IMG/VR virus record: IMGVR_UViG_2778261088_000003
Length of the DNA: 44,065 nt
Source of the DNA: a virus
Taxonomy: Duplodnaviria > Heunggongvirae > Uroviricota > Caudoviricetes
Reading direction: 5' to 3' (one strand)
Made by a program: the position numbers and the translations under genes
Notes under the pieces: model-generated
The model's input: the letters and a program-made list of their open reading frames with translations, nothing else
Told to the model about the DNA's origin: nothing
Databases searched by the model: none
In this document: positions 20,794-30,177 of the stretch, piece by piece
How positions within the stretch are numbered: the stretch's first letter is position 1
Layout of the letters: every line of letters begins with the position of its first letter

Positions 20794-22005
20794 ATGATGA
20801 TGAAACGCGATTACGGCGGTGTCGGCACCATAGCTCTTCGTGCAAGCGCATTACTTAAGGCCATGAGTCAGGATATTGAAGATCAGCGCAAAGAGTTCAA
20901 TCAGACCGAGTATTATCAGACGTTCACTCGTAACGCTGTGGCAAAGTTGCCGAAGCTGAGCCGCCGCATTGTGGAGCAGGCCATCAAAGAGATGGAAGAT
21001 GATGGGTACCAGTTCAACAAGAAACAGGTCGGTAACGTTGAACAGTACGCGCTGACCATCCAGAACGTCATTGATATCTATGCCCACCGTAAGATCCCAA
21101 AATATCGCGACATTCACAAATCGCCTTACGTTATTTTTGTCGTAAACCTGAAGGGTGGCGTATCCAAAACGGTTTCCACAGTCACGTTGGCGCACGCTCT
21201 GCGTGTGCATCAGGATTTACTGCGTCACGATCTGCGCATTCTGGTAATTGACCTTGACCCTCAGGCATCCAGCACAATGTTCCTCGACCATACTCACAGT
21301 ATTGGTTCCATCCTGGAAACCGCCGCGCAGGCGATGCTGAACGACCTGGACGCGGAGACGCTACGCAAAGAGGTGATTCGTCCGACCATCGTTCCTGGCG
21401 TAGACGTGATTCCAGCCTCTATCGACGATGGCTTTGTTGCCAGCCAATGGAAAGAGCTGGTTGAAGAGCATCTTCCCGGACAAAATCAGTACGAAATCCT
21501 TCGACGCAATATCATTGATCGTGTTGCGGATGATTATGACTTTATCTTTATTGATACCGGTCCACACCTGGATCCGTTCCTGCTCAACGGTCTGGCGGCC
21601 AGCGATTTGCTGCTTACCCCTACTCCACCAGCCCAGGTTGACTTCCACTCAACACTGAAATATCTCACCCGTCTGCCAGAAATGCTGGAGCAACTGGAGG
21701 AGGAAGGCGTAGAACCGCGTTTGAGCGCCAGCATTGGTTTTATGTCGAAGATGACCGGCAAGCGCGATCACGAGACATCACACAGCCTTGCGCGTGAGGT
21801 TTACGCCAGCAACATTCTGGACTCTTCTCTGCCTCGTCTGGATGGCTTTGAGCGATGCGGCGAGTCTTTCGACACCGTAATCAGTGCCAACCCGCAATCG
21901 TATCCAGGCAGTGCAGAGGCGCTGAAGAAGGCACGAACCGAGGCCGAGCGTTTCACTAAGGCTGTGTTTGATCGAATTGAGTTTGTTAGGGGTGAGGCGG
22001 CATGA
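20794..22005 (+). CDS. parA: partition ATPase ParA (type Ia)
   Basis: Deviant Walker A NLKGGVSKTVSTVTLAHA, plus VIDLDPQ and DTGPHLD. AAGGAG Shine-Dalgarno favours the third ATG (20800). Confidence 0.9.
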   Translation: MMMKRDYGGVGTIALRASALLKAMSQDIEDQRKEFNQTEYYQTFTRNAVAKLPKLSRRIVEQAIKEMEDDGYQFNKKQVGNVEQYALTIQNVIDIYAHRKIPKYRDIHKSPYVIFVVNLKGGVSKTVSTVTLAHALRVHQDLLRHDLRILVIDLDPQASSTMFLDHTHSIGSILETAAQAMLNDLDAETLRKEVIRPTIVPGVDVIPASIDDGFVASQWKELVEEHLPGQNQYEILRRNIIDRVADDYDFIFIDTGPHLDPFLLNGLAASDLLLTPTPPAQVDFHSTLKYLTRLPEMLEQLEEEGVEPRLSASIGFMSKMTGKRDHETSHSLAREVYASNILDSSLPRLDGFERCGESFDTVISANPQSYPGSAEALKKARTEAERFTKAVFDRIEFVRGEAA

Positions 22006-22967
22006 AAAAAATAGTTTCCCGTGGACGAGTGCTGGGCAAGAATAGCTCCGAGTTTGCTCGCATGCTTGAAGGCAGTGAAGGCACCAAAACCTTTACCCTA
22101 AAATCTGGCCGCCAGGCTAAATTTTTGCTTACCGTTGTGCTGAGTGGTGAGATTGAGTCGCGCACGTTCGTTGACCCGGCAGTTAACGGCCGCGATCAGT
22201 CTCTGCTCACCCCTGAGTCGGTAAGCGATATTTCCCGCACCATTAAATTGCAACAGTTCTTCCCGGCTATCGGTCGTATGGTTGGGGAGCGCATTGAGGT
22301 ATTGGACGGATCACGTCGCCGCGCTGCGTGTATCTTCAATGAAACGAAATTTGAGATTCTGGTGACGAAAGATGAGATCAGCCTGGCGGATGCACGCCAG
22401 CTGGCCATTGATATCCAGACAGCCCGCGAACACACCCTGCGCGAACTGGGTAAACGCTTCGAGGTTATGTATGGTAAGAATATGACCAAAGAAGAGATCG
22501 CCCGAGCTGAGAACATCTCAAAGGCTAAAGTGACGCGAGCTTTCCAGGCTGCCGCGGTGCCGGATGAGATGATTGCTGTCTTCCCCGTAGCCAGCGATCT
22601 CGCCCTTCCAGATTACCAGTTACTGCTCCAGATCGCCGAGGATGCTAACGCTAAAAGCGTGCCGATTGAAGAGCTGGTTGATACGGTGCGCGAACGAATT
22701 GCAGAGACTGAGGGCGCGAAAGAGGATAAAGCGAAGATACTGGCTATCTTCAAAGCGGAAAGCAAAAGCCTGAAGCCCGCGCCGGTTAAATCTGTGGTGG
22801 TTGAGAAGCTGCGAGACTTCTCTGACCGTCGCCAATATGCCCGAAAGAAGTCCGATCCGAAAAAACGGGTTGTCGCCTACGAGTTCTCCAGACTCCCGTC
22901 TGAAGTGCAAACTGAAATTGACGAAGCAATAAAAAAAATCATTGGGAAAATGTCTGCTGGGGAATAA
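22002..22967 (+). CDS. parB: partition protein ParB (centromere-binding)
   Basis: ParB box GRDQSLLTPESV ... LDGSRRRAA; ATG overlaps the parA stop. Confidence 0.9.
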   Translation: MKKIVSRGRVLGKNSSEFARMLEGSEGTKTFTLKSGRQAKFLLTVVLSGEIESRTFVDPAVNGRDQSLLTPESVSDISRTIKLQQFFPAIGRMVGERIEVLDGSRRRAACIFNETKFEILVTKDEISLADARQLAIDIQTAREHTLRELGKRFEVMYGKNMTKEEIARAENISKAKVTRAFQAAAVPDEMIAVFPVASDLALPDYQLLLQIAEDANAKSVPIEELVDTVRERIAETEGAKEDKAKILAIFKAESKSLKPAPVKSVVVEKLRDFSDRRQYARKKSDPKKRVVAYEFSRLPSEVQTEIDEAIKKIIGKMSAGE

Positions 22968-23019
22968 TCCCGCTGGTGGGAGGCGGCTTTAGCCCCCTCC
23001 CCTGTCTAAAATGTCCCGC

Positions 23020-23100
23020 GCCTATTTCATGTATAAATATATGATATATATAGATATTCATAAAAAATTTCAGACTGAAATTCCCACGGTTTCACGCCTG
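23020..23100. other. candidate parS centromere region
   Basis: AT-rich core flanked by ATTTCA/GTTTCAC heptamer-like boxes just downstream of parB; exact P1 box A/box B consensus not matched. Confidence 0.3.
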
Positions 23101-23233
23101 TTTTACTTGCCCCCCTCCCCCGCACAAAAAATTTAAAAAATTACTTTTAGCGAGAAAGTCAACAAGTGACTTTCAATAAAATCTCTTCCGAAAAGGGATT
23201 CACACAAGTGCCTTGTGTTTAAGGAAGAGTAAA

Positions 23234-24940
23234 TTGAGTAACTTACGCGAATACCAGAATCGTATTGCAGATATCGCAAAACGCTCTAAAGCTGTGCTTG
23301 GCTGGGCAAGCACTGCGCAGTTCGGTACTGATAACCAATTCATTAAAGATGATGCCGCGCGTGCCGCATCTATCCTTGAAGCTGCACGTAAAGACCCGGT
23401 TTTTGCGGGTATCTCTGATAATGCCACCGCTCAAATCGCTACAGCGTGGGCAAGTGCACTGGCTGACTACGCCGCAGCACATAAATCTATGCCGCGTCCG
23501 GAAATTCTGGCCTCCTGCCACCAGACGCTGGAAAACTGCCTGATTGAGTCCACCCGCAATAGCATGGATGCCACTAATAAAGCGATGCTGGAATCCGTCG
23601 CAGCAGAGATGATGAGCGTTTCTGACGGTGTTATGCGTCTGCCTTTATTCCTCGCGATGATCCTGCCTGTTCAGTTGGGGGCAGCTACCGCTGATGCGTG
23701 TACCTTCATTCCGGTTACGCGTGACCAGTCCGACATCTATGAAGTCTTTAACGTGGCAGGTTCCTCTTTTGGTTCTTATGCTGCTGGTGATGTTCTGGAC
23801 ATGCAATCCGTCGGTGTGTACAGCCAGTTACGTCGCCGCTATGTGCTGGTGGCAAGCTCCGATGGCACCAGCAAAACCGCAACCTTCAAGATGGAAGACT
23901 TCGAAGGCCAGAATGTACCAATCCGAAAAGGTCGTACTAACATCTACGTTAACCGTATTAAGTCTGTTGTTGATAACGGTTCCGGCAGCCTACTTCACTC
24001 GTTTACTAATGCTGCTGGTGAGCAAATCACTGTTACCTGCTCTCTGAACTACAACATTGGTCAGATTGCCCTGTCGTTCTCCAAAGCGCCGGATAAAGGC
24101 ACTGAGATCGCAATTGAGACGGAAATCAATATTGAAGCCGCTCCTGAGCTGATCCCGCTGATCAACCACGAAATGAAGAAATACACCCTGTTCCCAAGTC
24201 AGTTCGTTATCGCGGCTGAGCACACGGTACAGGCGGCGTATGAAGCACAGCGTGAATTTGGTCTGGACCTGGGTTCCCTACAGTTCCGCACCCTGAAGGA
24301 ATACCTGTCTCATGAACAGGATATGCTGCGTCTTCGCATCATGATCTGGCGTACTCTTGCGACCGACACCTTTGACATCGCTCTGCCGGTTAACCAGTCC
24401 TTTGATGTATGGGCAACCATCATTCGTGGCAAATTCCAGACTGTATATCGCGACATTATTGAGCGCGTTAAATCTTCTGGTGCGATGGGGATGTTTGCTG
24501 GTGCTGATGCAGCATCTTTCTTCAAACAGTTGCCGAAGGATTTCTTCCAGCCAGCCGAAGACTATATCCAGACTCCGTATGTTCACTACATCGGTACCCT
24601 GTTCGGTAACGTGAAAGTGTACGAAGTACCTGCTGGTATTTGTAAGAACTTAACGACAGAGAACATTCAGTTCAGCTCGATGGATGTGCTGTGCTACGTC
24701 CGTGATGAAAATCCGGGTAAAGCAGGCTTCGTGACTGGTGATGCTGTCCCGGCTATCCCGTTCCAGCATCCGACCACTCCGGCGCTGGTCAACCGTACCA
24801 CACTGTGGGGTTCGGCTATCAACGATATGCACCCACGCAACGGCGCTGATTACTTCACTCGTGTAACGCTGACAATGGCCAAAAAAGGCGGGCTTAACTT
24901 CATTAGCGGCGACACGATTGATGCCGGTGACTCTGAGTAA
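23234..24940 (+). CDS. large structural protein, candidate major head protein
   Basis: TTG 23234 preceded by AAGGAAG; track start is TTG 23213. Assignment is by size and position next to parS; no motif evidence. Confidence 0.4.
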   Translation: MSNLREYQNRIADIAKRSKAVLGWASTAQFGTDNQFIKDDAARAASILEAARKDPVFAGISDNATAQIATAWASALADYAAAHKSMPRPEILASCHQTLENCLIESTRNSMDATNKAMLESVAAEMMSVSDGVMRLPLFLAMILPVQLGAATADACTFIPVTRDQSDIYEVFNVAGSSFGSYAAGDVLDMQSVGVYSQLRRRYVLVASSDGTSKTATFKMEDFEGQNVPIRKGRTNIYVNRIKSVVDNGSGSLLHSFTNAAGEQITVTCSLNYNIGQIALSFSKAPDKGTEIAIETEINIEAAPELIPLINHEMKKYTLFPSQFVIAAEHTVQAAYEAQREFGLDLGSLQFRTLKEYLSHEQDMLRLRIMIWRTLATDTFDIALPVNQSFDVWATIIRGKFQTVYRDIIERVKSSGAMGMFAGADAASFFKQLPKDFFQPAEDYIQTPYVHYIGTLFGNVKVYEVPAGICKNLTTENIQFSSMDVLCYVRDENPGKAGFVTGDAVPAIPFQHPTTPALVNRTTLWGSAINDMHPRNGADYFTRVTLTMAKKGGLNFISGDTIDAGDSE

Positions 24941-25000
24941 TCAGGGGAAGTTCTCCGTTTAACATAGCGCCCCCGTGCGGGGCGCATAACAGGGAAAGTT

Positions 25001-26590
25001 ATGTCTCAATATTCAATTCAACAGTCATTAGGTAATGCATCCGGCGTCGCGGTTAGCCCGATCAATGCCGATGCGACGTTATCTACCGGTGTTGCATTAA
25101 ATAGCAGCTTGTGGGCTGGTATTGGCGTATTTGCGCGTGGCAAGCCGTTTACTGTTCTTGCGGTTACTGAGTCCAATTACGAAGATGTTCTCGGCGAACC
25201 GCTGAAGCCGTCTTCCGGCTCACAGTTCGAACCAATTCGCCATGTATACGAAGCTATTCAGCAAACGTCTGGTTATGTTGTTCGCGCTGTTCCGGATGAT
25301 GCGAAGTTCCCGATTATTATGTTCGATGAATCAGGCGAACCGGCTTACAGTGCGTTGCCATACGGTTCTGAAATTGAACTTGATAGTGGCGAAGCCTTTG
25401 CTATCTACGTTGATGATGGTGATCCGTGTATTTCACCTACCCGTGAGTTAACCATCGAAACGGCAACAGCGGACAGCGCGGGTAATGAACGCTTCCTCTT
25501 AAAACTGACCCAGACGACTTCGCTCGGCGTGGTAACGACCCTGGAGACACACACTGTGTCTTTGGCGGAAGAAGCGAAAGATGACATGGGCCGCTTGTGT
25601 TATCTGCCTACGGCTCTGGAAGCCCGTTCTAAATATCTGCGCGCGGTTGTTAATGAAGAGCTGATTTCGACAGCGAAAGTAACAAACAAAAAATCGTTGG
25701 CGTTCACTGGCGGTACCAACGGCGATCAGTCGAAAATCTCAACCGCTGCGTACCTGCGTGCGGTTAAAGTGCTGAATAATGCGCCGTACATGTACACCGC
25801 TGTTCTTGGCTTGGGCTGCTATGACAATGCGGCTATCACCGCATTAGGTAAAATCTGTGCAGATCGCCTGATTGATGGCTTCTTTGATGTCAAACCGACA
25901 TTGACGTACACGGAAGCGATCTCTGCTGTTGAAGATACCGGTTTACTTGGTACCGATTATGTAAGCTGTGCTGTCTATCACTACCCGTTCTCCTGCAAAG
26001 ACAAATGGACCCAATCCCGTGTGGTCTTTGGTCTGTCTGGCGTGGCGTATGCGGCGAAAGCTCGTGGCGTCAAGAAAAACTCTGATGTCGGCGGTTGGCA
26101 TTACTCACCGGCTGGTGAAGAACGTGCCGTCATTGCTCGTGCGTCAATTCAACCGCTGTATCCGGAAGATACCCCGGACGAAGAAGCAATGGTCAAGGGC
26201 CGTCTCAATAAAGTATCTGTTGGCACCTCTGGCCAGATGATCATCGACGATGCTTTAACTTGCTGCACGCAGGATAACTATCTGCACTTCCAGCACGTCC
26301 CATCCCTGATGAATGCAATCAGCCGTTTCTTTGTCCAGTTAGCCCGACAGATGAAGCATAGCCCGGACGGTATTACTGCGGCTGGCCTGACTAAAGGGAT
26401 GACCAAACTTTTAGATCGCTTTGTCGCCTCCGGCGCTCTGGTGGCTCCTCGTGATCCTGATGCTGACGGTACAGAACCGTATGTGCTGAAAGTTACGCAG
26501 GCGGAATTCGATAAATGGGAAGTAGTCTGGGCCTGCTGCCCGACTGGCGTAGCCCGTCGTATCCAGGGCGTACCGCTGCTTATTAAGTAA
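25001..26590 (+). CDS. candidate contractile tail sheath protein
   Basis: 529 aa; ATG with GGGAAAG Shine-Dalgarno. Call rests on size, position ahead of a tube-sized gene and weak C-terminal pattern resemblance. Confidence 0.4.
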   Translation: MSQYSIQQSLGNASGVAVSPINADATLSTGVALNSSLWAGIGVFARGKPFTVLAVTESNYEDVLGEPLKPSSGSQFEPIRHVYEAIQQTSGYVVRAVPDDAKFPIIMFDESGEPAYSALPYGSEIELDSGEAFAIYVDDGDPCISPTRELTIETATADSAGNERFLLKLTQTTSLGVVTTLETHTVSLAEEAKDDMGRLCYLPTALEARSKYLRAVVNEELISTAKVTNKKSLAFTGGTNGDQSKISTAAYLRAVKVLNNAPYMYTAVLGLGCYDNAAITALGKICADRLIDGFFDVKPTLTYTEAISAVEDTGLLGTDYVSCAVYHYPFSCKDKWTQSRVVFGLSGVAYAAKARGVKKNSDVGGWHYSPAGEERAVIARASIQPLYPEDTPDEEAMVKGRLNKVSVGTSGQMIIDDALTCCTQDNYLHFQHVPSLMNAISRFFVQLARQMKHSPDGITAAGLTKGMTKLLDRFVASGALVAPRDPDADGTEPYVLKVTQAEFDKWEVVWACCPTGVARRIQGVPLLIK

Positions 26591-26599
26591 GGGAATACA

Positions 26600-27415
26600 A
26601 TGAGCAAAAACTTTTTTCAATCCGGGGCATTTTTGGGGAATGGACTGTCTCGTTTCGCTTTGAACTCTGATCCTGTGCAGCTGATGGAGTCTGCCCGAGC
26701 AAGCGCCGAACCGCCAACAGATCCGGTTATTAATAATAATCCGGAACCGGCGGCACAGACTAACGATAACGTTCCATCTGCCCCGGCTCCTGAGCAAATC
26801 CTGGAAGGGAAAGACGGTAAAGAATGGACCGTCGAACAGGCGCACCAGATGATTCTGGAAGCTGCAAATCGAAGTGCTATGCAAAATGCGTTGAGTGATG
26901 CGGCCGACGCCGTTTTCGCCTGGGCTGATAGCGGTGATCTGACTTTCGACTCCCTTGATGGTTTCGTTCAGGCTATCGCTGGTATCTCTGATGACGACGA
27001 CTCCGAAGTTACAGAAGAACAGGACGATGCCTATAACGAAGCATGGGCAAATGTTGCTGACTTCCTCGCAGCATGCGGTGTAGATGATGACCTGATCGAA
27101 GCACTGGCTGACGATGAAGACGACGACGCAGCTGCTGATGTTGGTGCCTCTATCGCTGGTTTAGATAGCGACGACCGCGACGAACTGGAAGCGGCGTTTG
27201 TTGTTGCTGGCACTTCTGATGAAATGCTGACTGAAGCATTTAAGAAGGTTGTTCGTAACGGTGAGATCAAACTCATCCGTAAACGCCTGCGTAAAAAACG
27301 TCTGACTGCGGCTCAAAAATCGGCGCTGAAAAAAGCGCGTCGAAAAGCCCAGACCGGCGCGGCAAAACTTGCCCGCAAAAAGTCAATGAAACTGCGCCGT
27401 AAGCGCCTTGGCTAA
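26600..27415 (+). CDS. hyper-acidic protein with strongly basic C-terminal tail
   Basis: Central region rich in D/E; last ~50 residues rich in K/R (RKRLRKKRLTAAQKSALKKARRK...). Confidence 0.5.
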   Translation: MSKNFFQSGAFLGNGLSRFALNSDPVQLMESARASAEPPTDPVINNNPEPAAQTNDNVPSAPAPEQILEGKDGKEWTVEQAHQMILEAANRSAMQNALSDAADAVFAWADSGDLTFDSLDGFVQAIAGISDDDDSEVTEEQDDAYNEAWANVADFLAACGVDDDLIEALADDEDDDAAADVGASIAGLDSDDRDELEAAFVVAGTSDEMLTEAFKKVVRNGEIKLIRKRLRKKRLTAAQKSALKKARRKAQTGAAKLARKKSMKLRRKRLG

Positions 27416-27450
27416 AGGAGGAGGCCGGAGAACTCCGGCCTTTAACTTGA

Positions 27451-28032
27451 ATGGCACCTATACCTTATGGGGTTTACAGCCAGGCTGACGGTGTATCGCC
27501 ATTTCTGAAAGTTACTTTAACGAACTCTCAGTACCAGGTTACCGGATATATCAGCCAGGGGGCAGCAATGAATATGGCCCAGAATTGGGAAGCGCCGTTT
27601 ACCGGTATGTCCATGGGGTCTGTTGCTGGTGCTTTCAGTGGTTTTGCGCAGGTTGGTACTGAAACAACGTCGGTGGCCCGTTGGAACAGCTTAATGGTTT
27701 GGGAGGGGGGAACACCGCCGACTTTCACGCTGCCAGTAACTTTCATCGCTTTGTTTGACCCATTCACGGAGGTTTCAGGAGCTATCGCCGCATTGTCAGC
27801 GATGATTAGCCCGGAACTTAAAGATGCCAGTATTGGTGGTCGAATCCCGGAGCGTGTGACGCTAAACATTGGTCGCCGGATCAACATCATTGATGTCGCT
27901 ATCCAGGACATAAGTTTCGATCTCGATGCGCCCAGGGACAGCAATGGGCATTTCCTGAAAAACACCGTCAACCTCCAGTTGACCGGTTCTTCGATATATA
28001 ACAGCTCCGATATTGTTCGGGCGTTCCAGTAA
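27451..28032 (+). CDS. hypothetical tail structural protein (193 aa)
   Basis: ORF between the sheath candidate and the tube-sized gene. Confidence 0.45.
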   Translation: MAPIPYGVYSQADGVSPFLKVTLTNSQYQVTGYISQGAAMNMAQNWEAPFTGMSMGSVAGAFSGFAQVGTETTSVARWNSLMVWEGGTPPTFTLPVTFIALFDPFTEVSGAIAALSAMISPELKDASIGGRIPERVTLNIGRRINIIDVAIQDISFDLDAPRDSNGHFLKNTVNLQLTGSSIYNSSDIVRAFQ

Positions 28033-28043
28033 AAGGATTTTAT

Positions 28044-28553
28044 ATGGGGCACAATAACACTAAGGGAAACCGTAAATTTATTAAGGGCCGCTATACTGCC
28101 AACGCGGCCAAAGGCGAACGACTGGTATCTTCTGAATTCCAGCTCACTTTTGCAGGCCATGAAGATATCAGCGTACTGGTTCGCACGTCGCAAATTCCTG
28201 AAATGACCCGCGAGGATGTGGAGGACTATGGTCCGAATGGTGTGAAGTTCAACCAGCACGGACCAATTCGAAACTCTGGGGAAATCCAGGTCCAGTGCGT
28301 GGAGACTATCGAAGGCGATATTCTTCAGTTCATCAAGGATCGCATTGCGGCGAAGGACTATGTTGATATCACGATGGCTGCTACCCCTGAATCCAAATCT
28401 TCCGGGGTTAACGCTGTAACAAAAGCTGCTACAACAATTGAAATGTTGGACTGCAAAATCTACAGTGATGCAATCGACTTTAGTACCGAAGATGTGACTG
28501 CCGCTGTGCGCCCGTCACTTCGTATCGTCTACAACTGGATTGAGTGGGATTAA
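28044..28553 (+). CDS. candidate tail tube protein (169 aa)
   Basis: Size and position; followed by a strong terminator. Confidence 0.4.
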   Translation: MGHNNTKGNRKFIKGRYTANAAKGERLVSSEFQLTFAGHEDISVLVRTSQIPEMTREDVEDYGPNGVKFNQHGPIRNSGEIQVQCVETIEGDILQFIKDRIAAKDYVDITMAATPESKSSGVNAVTKAATTIEMLDCKIYSDAIDFSTEDVTAAVRPSLRIVYNWIEWD

Positions 28554-28573
28554 GAGTCATCCCTTGTATTTTA

Positions 28574-28598
28574 AAGCTCCTTCGGGAGCTTTTTTATT
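28574..28598 (+). terminator. rho-independent terminator of the head/tail operon
   Basis: AAGCTCC-TTCG-GGAGCTT followed by TTTTT. Confidence 0.8.
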
Positions 28599-28669
28599 TG
28601 GAGATGAAAGGGTGCATTGAGGATACCTGACACACTAAGAGTGGCGGAGATCTCTCCCCGCCAGGTCTC

Positions 28670-28825
28670 TTACCTTTCAGATTCGTAGGCTGTGAAGACA
28701 GTGACCTCCGTCTGGCCGGTTCGGATTCGTACCTCGCAGAGGTCTTTCCTCGTTACCAGTGCCGTCACAATGACGGTTAAACAGATGACGATCAGAGCGA
28801 TTAACATCGCTTTTTGCTGCTTCAT
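28670..28825 (-). CDS. hok: Hok/Gef-family type I toxin (51 aa)
   Basis: MKQQKAMLIALIVICLTVIVTALVTRKDLCEVRIRTGQTEVTVFTAYESER, near-identical to my recollection of E. coli HokC/Gef; AAGGAG Shine-Dalgarno. Confidence 0.9.
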   Translation of the reverse strand: MKQQKAMLIALIVICLTVIVTALVTRKDLCEVRIRTGQTEVTVFTAYESER

Positions 28826-28883
28826 AGCCTGCTTCTCCTTGACCTTTTGGTCGGTAAGAGGCTAATCTACGTATGCTAAGCAT
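28677..28883 (-). CDS. mok: mok-like overlapping leader ORF
   Basis: 68-codon ORF starting upstream of hok and overlapping it in another frame, as in hok/mok/sok loci. Confidence 0.45.
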   Translation of the reverse strand: MLSIRRLASYRPKGQGEAGYEAAKSDVNRSDRHLFNRHCDGTGNEERPLRGTNPNRPDGGHCLHSLRI

Positions 28884-29006
28884 AGATATGGCCTCAGATT
28901 AATGTTAAGCGTCTTGCAGGACGCGTAATGTTATCTGGGGCTTTCTTCTATCTGCTTTTCGGGTAATGCCTGAAGCAGATAGCCTCAAGCACCCGCAACG
29001 ATTGTA

Positions 29007-29252
29007 TCAATGTCTGGCTTTTTTTCTATAGAAATCACCTGGAAGGGTGAATATCCACATCAGAAGAAATGTTGCAGCAAACATGATCCCTAATGGCCAG
29101 ACCGCGCCAAAGAAAATCCATACTAAGATCTCCTCTGCTCGTTCTTTGCGGTCGATATCGACAAGCATTTTTCGGCTGATCATGTATACACAGAAGCCAA
29201 TACAAACATATCCTGCAAAAGCGATCGCTAACTGTAAAAAATCAGATTGCAT
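29007..29252 (-). CDS. small two-helix membrane protein (81 aa)
   Basis: ATG 29252 with GAGG upstream; two hydrophobic helices. Confidence 0.45.
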   Translation of the reverse strand: MQSDFLQLAIAFAGYVCIGFCVYMISRKMLVDIDRKERAEEILVWIFFGAVWPLGIMFAATFLLMWIFTLPGDFYRKKARH

Positions 29253-29302
29253 CTCCGACCTCAAACTGAAAACGCCAGGTGACTCCAGATTAGAGCAATC
29301 TA

Positions 29303-30148
29303 TCACCCTCTGAATCCTGCCGGTATACCCCATTGTTCGTTATCTTTATTTTTGGCTAAAACCGCATTAAGAGCTTCGTTTACCGTCATGCAATGCGGCA
29401 GATTATCGAAGTTTGATACCCCGCCAATATCAGGAGAACGCTTGTTCTTCAGGTAAGCATATTTCCGCGCTGCCGCCTCTACCTTCTGCTTGAACTCATG
29501 TTTTTGAGCGCGTTTTTTGGATAACCGCAGATTGTCAGCCTTTGCTTTTGCCTCAGCGATCCATGAAGTCAATTTTTTGAGTCTGGTCGTTCCGGCACCG
29601 CCGGAAACTGATCTTTTTGTTTTTTTAACTTGTGACTTCTTATTCTTTATTGCCACGTCATCCTGACAGGGGGAGGGGGTATCATTTTGACATGGGGGTG
29701 TGGATAAAAAATTAAATAAAGCCAATGTCTTAGCGAGAACAGCTTTAACCTTGGTTGCCGCTGAAGAGATCTTTAATTTGCTTTCAATCAGCGCATTTTT
29801 GGCTTGTTGTGCGAAGGCCAAAAAGGATGGTGTAAACCGGTACAGGTTAGCGCGACGTTCACGGTGATCGCCGATAACAATCTCTACAGACAGAATTCCT
29901 TTGTTTACAGCTTCACGGAATGCACGAACGACGGTTGATTGGCTATAACCAGTTTCTGCCGCGATCAGGCGGTGAGGCTTGTGAATGAAGTATTCACTGG
30001 TTGTTGCCGCTAGATTTGCACATTGCGACAGGATATGCCCGGCGCTACGGGATAGACCGGAGTGTGTTACAAAGCAGGCCAATTCATAGCCAGAAAAAGT
30101 AAAATCGCTCATCGTTATACAGCTCAGGAAAGTGACTTTAGCCAGCAT
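29303..30148 (-). CDS. repL: lytic replication protein RepL-like (281 aa)
   Basis: Second gene of the operator-controlled kilA operon; length and position match P1 RepL as I recall it; contains a helix-turn-helix (STVVRAFREAVNKGIL). Confidence 0.6.
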   Translation of the reverse strand: MLAKVTFLSCITMSDFTFSGYELACFVTHSGLSRSAGHILSQCANLAATTSEYFIHKPHRLIAAETGYSQSTVVRAFREAVNKGILSVEIVIGDHRERRANLYRFTPSFLAFAQQAKNALIESKLKISSAATKVKAVLAKTLALFNFLSTPPCQNDTPSPCQDDVAIKNKKSQVKKTKRSVSGGAGTTRLKKLTSWIAEAKAKADNLRLSKKRAQKHEFKQKVEAAARKYAYLKNKRSPDIGGVSNFDNLPHCMTVNEALNAVLAKNKDNEQWGIPAGFRG

Positions 30149-30177
30149 TACAATGCTGGTGGTTCTTACTACGTCTG

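Noticed and set aside
22968-23212. Confident assignment of a P1-type parS with box A / box B and IHF site
   Set aside because: Only heptamer-like boxes and an AT-rich core are visible; the canonical TCGCCA hexamers were not found, so only a low-confidence centromere candidate is reported.
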